DNA of 64,000 nucleotides from assembly GCA_036172245.1 (NCBI GenBank), contig JAYWIR010000037.1:310001-374000 (forward strand). Reading direction: 5' to 3'. Shown one piece after another: positions 63,231 to 64,000 of the stretch (position 1 is its first letter; each line of letters opens with the position of its first letter). A program made the position numbers and the translations under genes. The stretch comes from Raillietiella orientalis (lineage: Eukaryota). Below the pieces are notes generated by a model that had not been told where the DNA came from, searched no databases, and saw only the letters and a program-made list of their open reading frames with translations.

Positions 63231-64000
63231 GTGGGGATCGCTGAGAGACGCGGTTGCGCGTGCGCGCGCATTGACATCGGCTTTTCAGAAGGCTTTCCCC
63301 CCACCCCCCCCCACAAAATACGTAACGACTTATTATTTTTGCAGAAAATTCTCCGACTGATTTTCACGCGGGACGAATTGCTTCCAGTTGCACGTTTAAG
63401 TGATTTAGCAATTTTTTTGAGGCCAAGATCAAGTATGGTGTTCATTCTTTACGAACAGAAGGCCAAAGGCCTTAAGAATTTTCGGTTTCCTAAATTGTAT
63501 GATTTCAGAATTTAGGAATGTGCTGCCAAAAAGTTCCACGCGGGCATTTTGAACATTTGCCTCAAAATAGATTGCTAAATAACCTGAGTAGGAAGAAGTC
63601 GATTAAGGGGGGGGGGGGGGGAGGATGCGGATGTTTGGTGTTCCCGTTTTCTTTTTATAAGCATGCAATGAGCACATTCGCGAACTGCAAACGCAAGCAG
63701 GTCAGTCGTCCTCTTTGCATCTGATTCAAGCATATTGCATTTTGAGCGCAGATTCATTTAAAGAAACACGTCATTCTCTACGGCTATATTCCTAAATTAC
63801 ATTGCCATCACCTCAATCGATTCTTCTCTTTCCTGGGAATCCGTCTCACCACCTGTGGAGGTTTCCAACGCTTCGTGTAATCCGATTTGTTCTACATGAC
63901 TGGGGAAAACGTAACGACCAGGTCCAGATGGCTTTAAAAACAACCAAACCACATAATTAGTGTTAAAAAGTGCATTTCTTTGTTCAATATAAAACCTTGA

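Noticed and set aside
63421..63449. GGCCAAGATCAAGTATGGTGTTCATTCTT resembles U2 snRNA (GGCTAAGATCAAGTGTAGTATCTGTTCTT), of interest given the Utopia-like remnant
   Set aside because: Only 22/29 identity, the branch-pairing GTAGTA is disrupted, and neither flank continues the U2 sequence.

Overview
Eukaryotic (invertebrate, arthropod-like) genomic DNA. It holds four intact protein-coding genes whose exons I assembled by hand and checked for reading-frame phase: Tob/BTG (+, single coding exon, 20200-21219), a Popeye-domain/BVES gene (+, 6 exons, 46084-48436), importin alpha of the alpha2/Pendulin type (-, 7 exons, 52761-50846) and DDX6/Me31B (+, 10 exons, 59812-61591). 16 of the 20 coding-region introns are only 41-59 nt. 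Two GC-richer blocks (about 4-11 kb and 27-41.6 kb) are graveyards of decayed non-LTR retrotransposons. Most belong to one L1/Tx1-like family; there is also a NeSL/Utopia-like RLE remnant and an RBM5/RBM10 C-terminal pseudogene that the ORF track misses. The most notable observations are a head-to-head junction of two retrotransposon copies joined exactly at the YADD codons through a 5-bp microhomology, a covarying stem-loop 3' terminus in four copies, several perfect palindromes (one shown to be derived), a hairpin that accounts for the only oversized importin-alpha intron, and altered functional motifs in the Popeye and Tob proteins. No rRNA, tRNA, CRISPR or prokaryotic system is supportable. 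All family assignments come from recalled motifs, not database searches, and TE boundaries are approximate.
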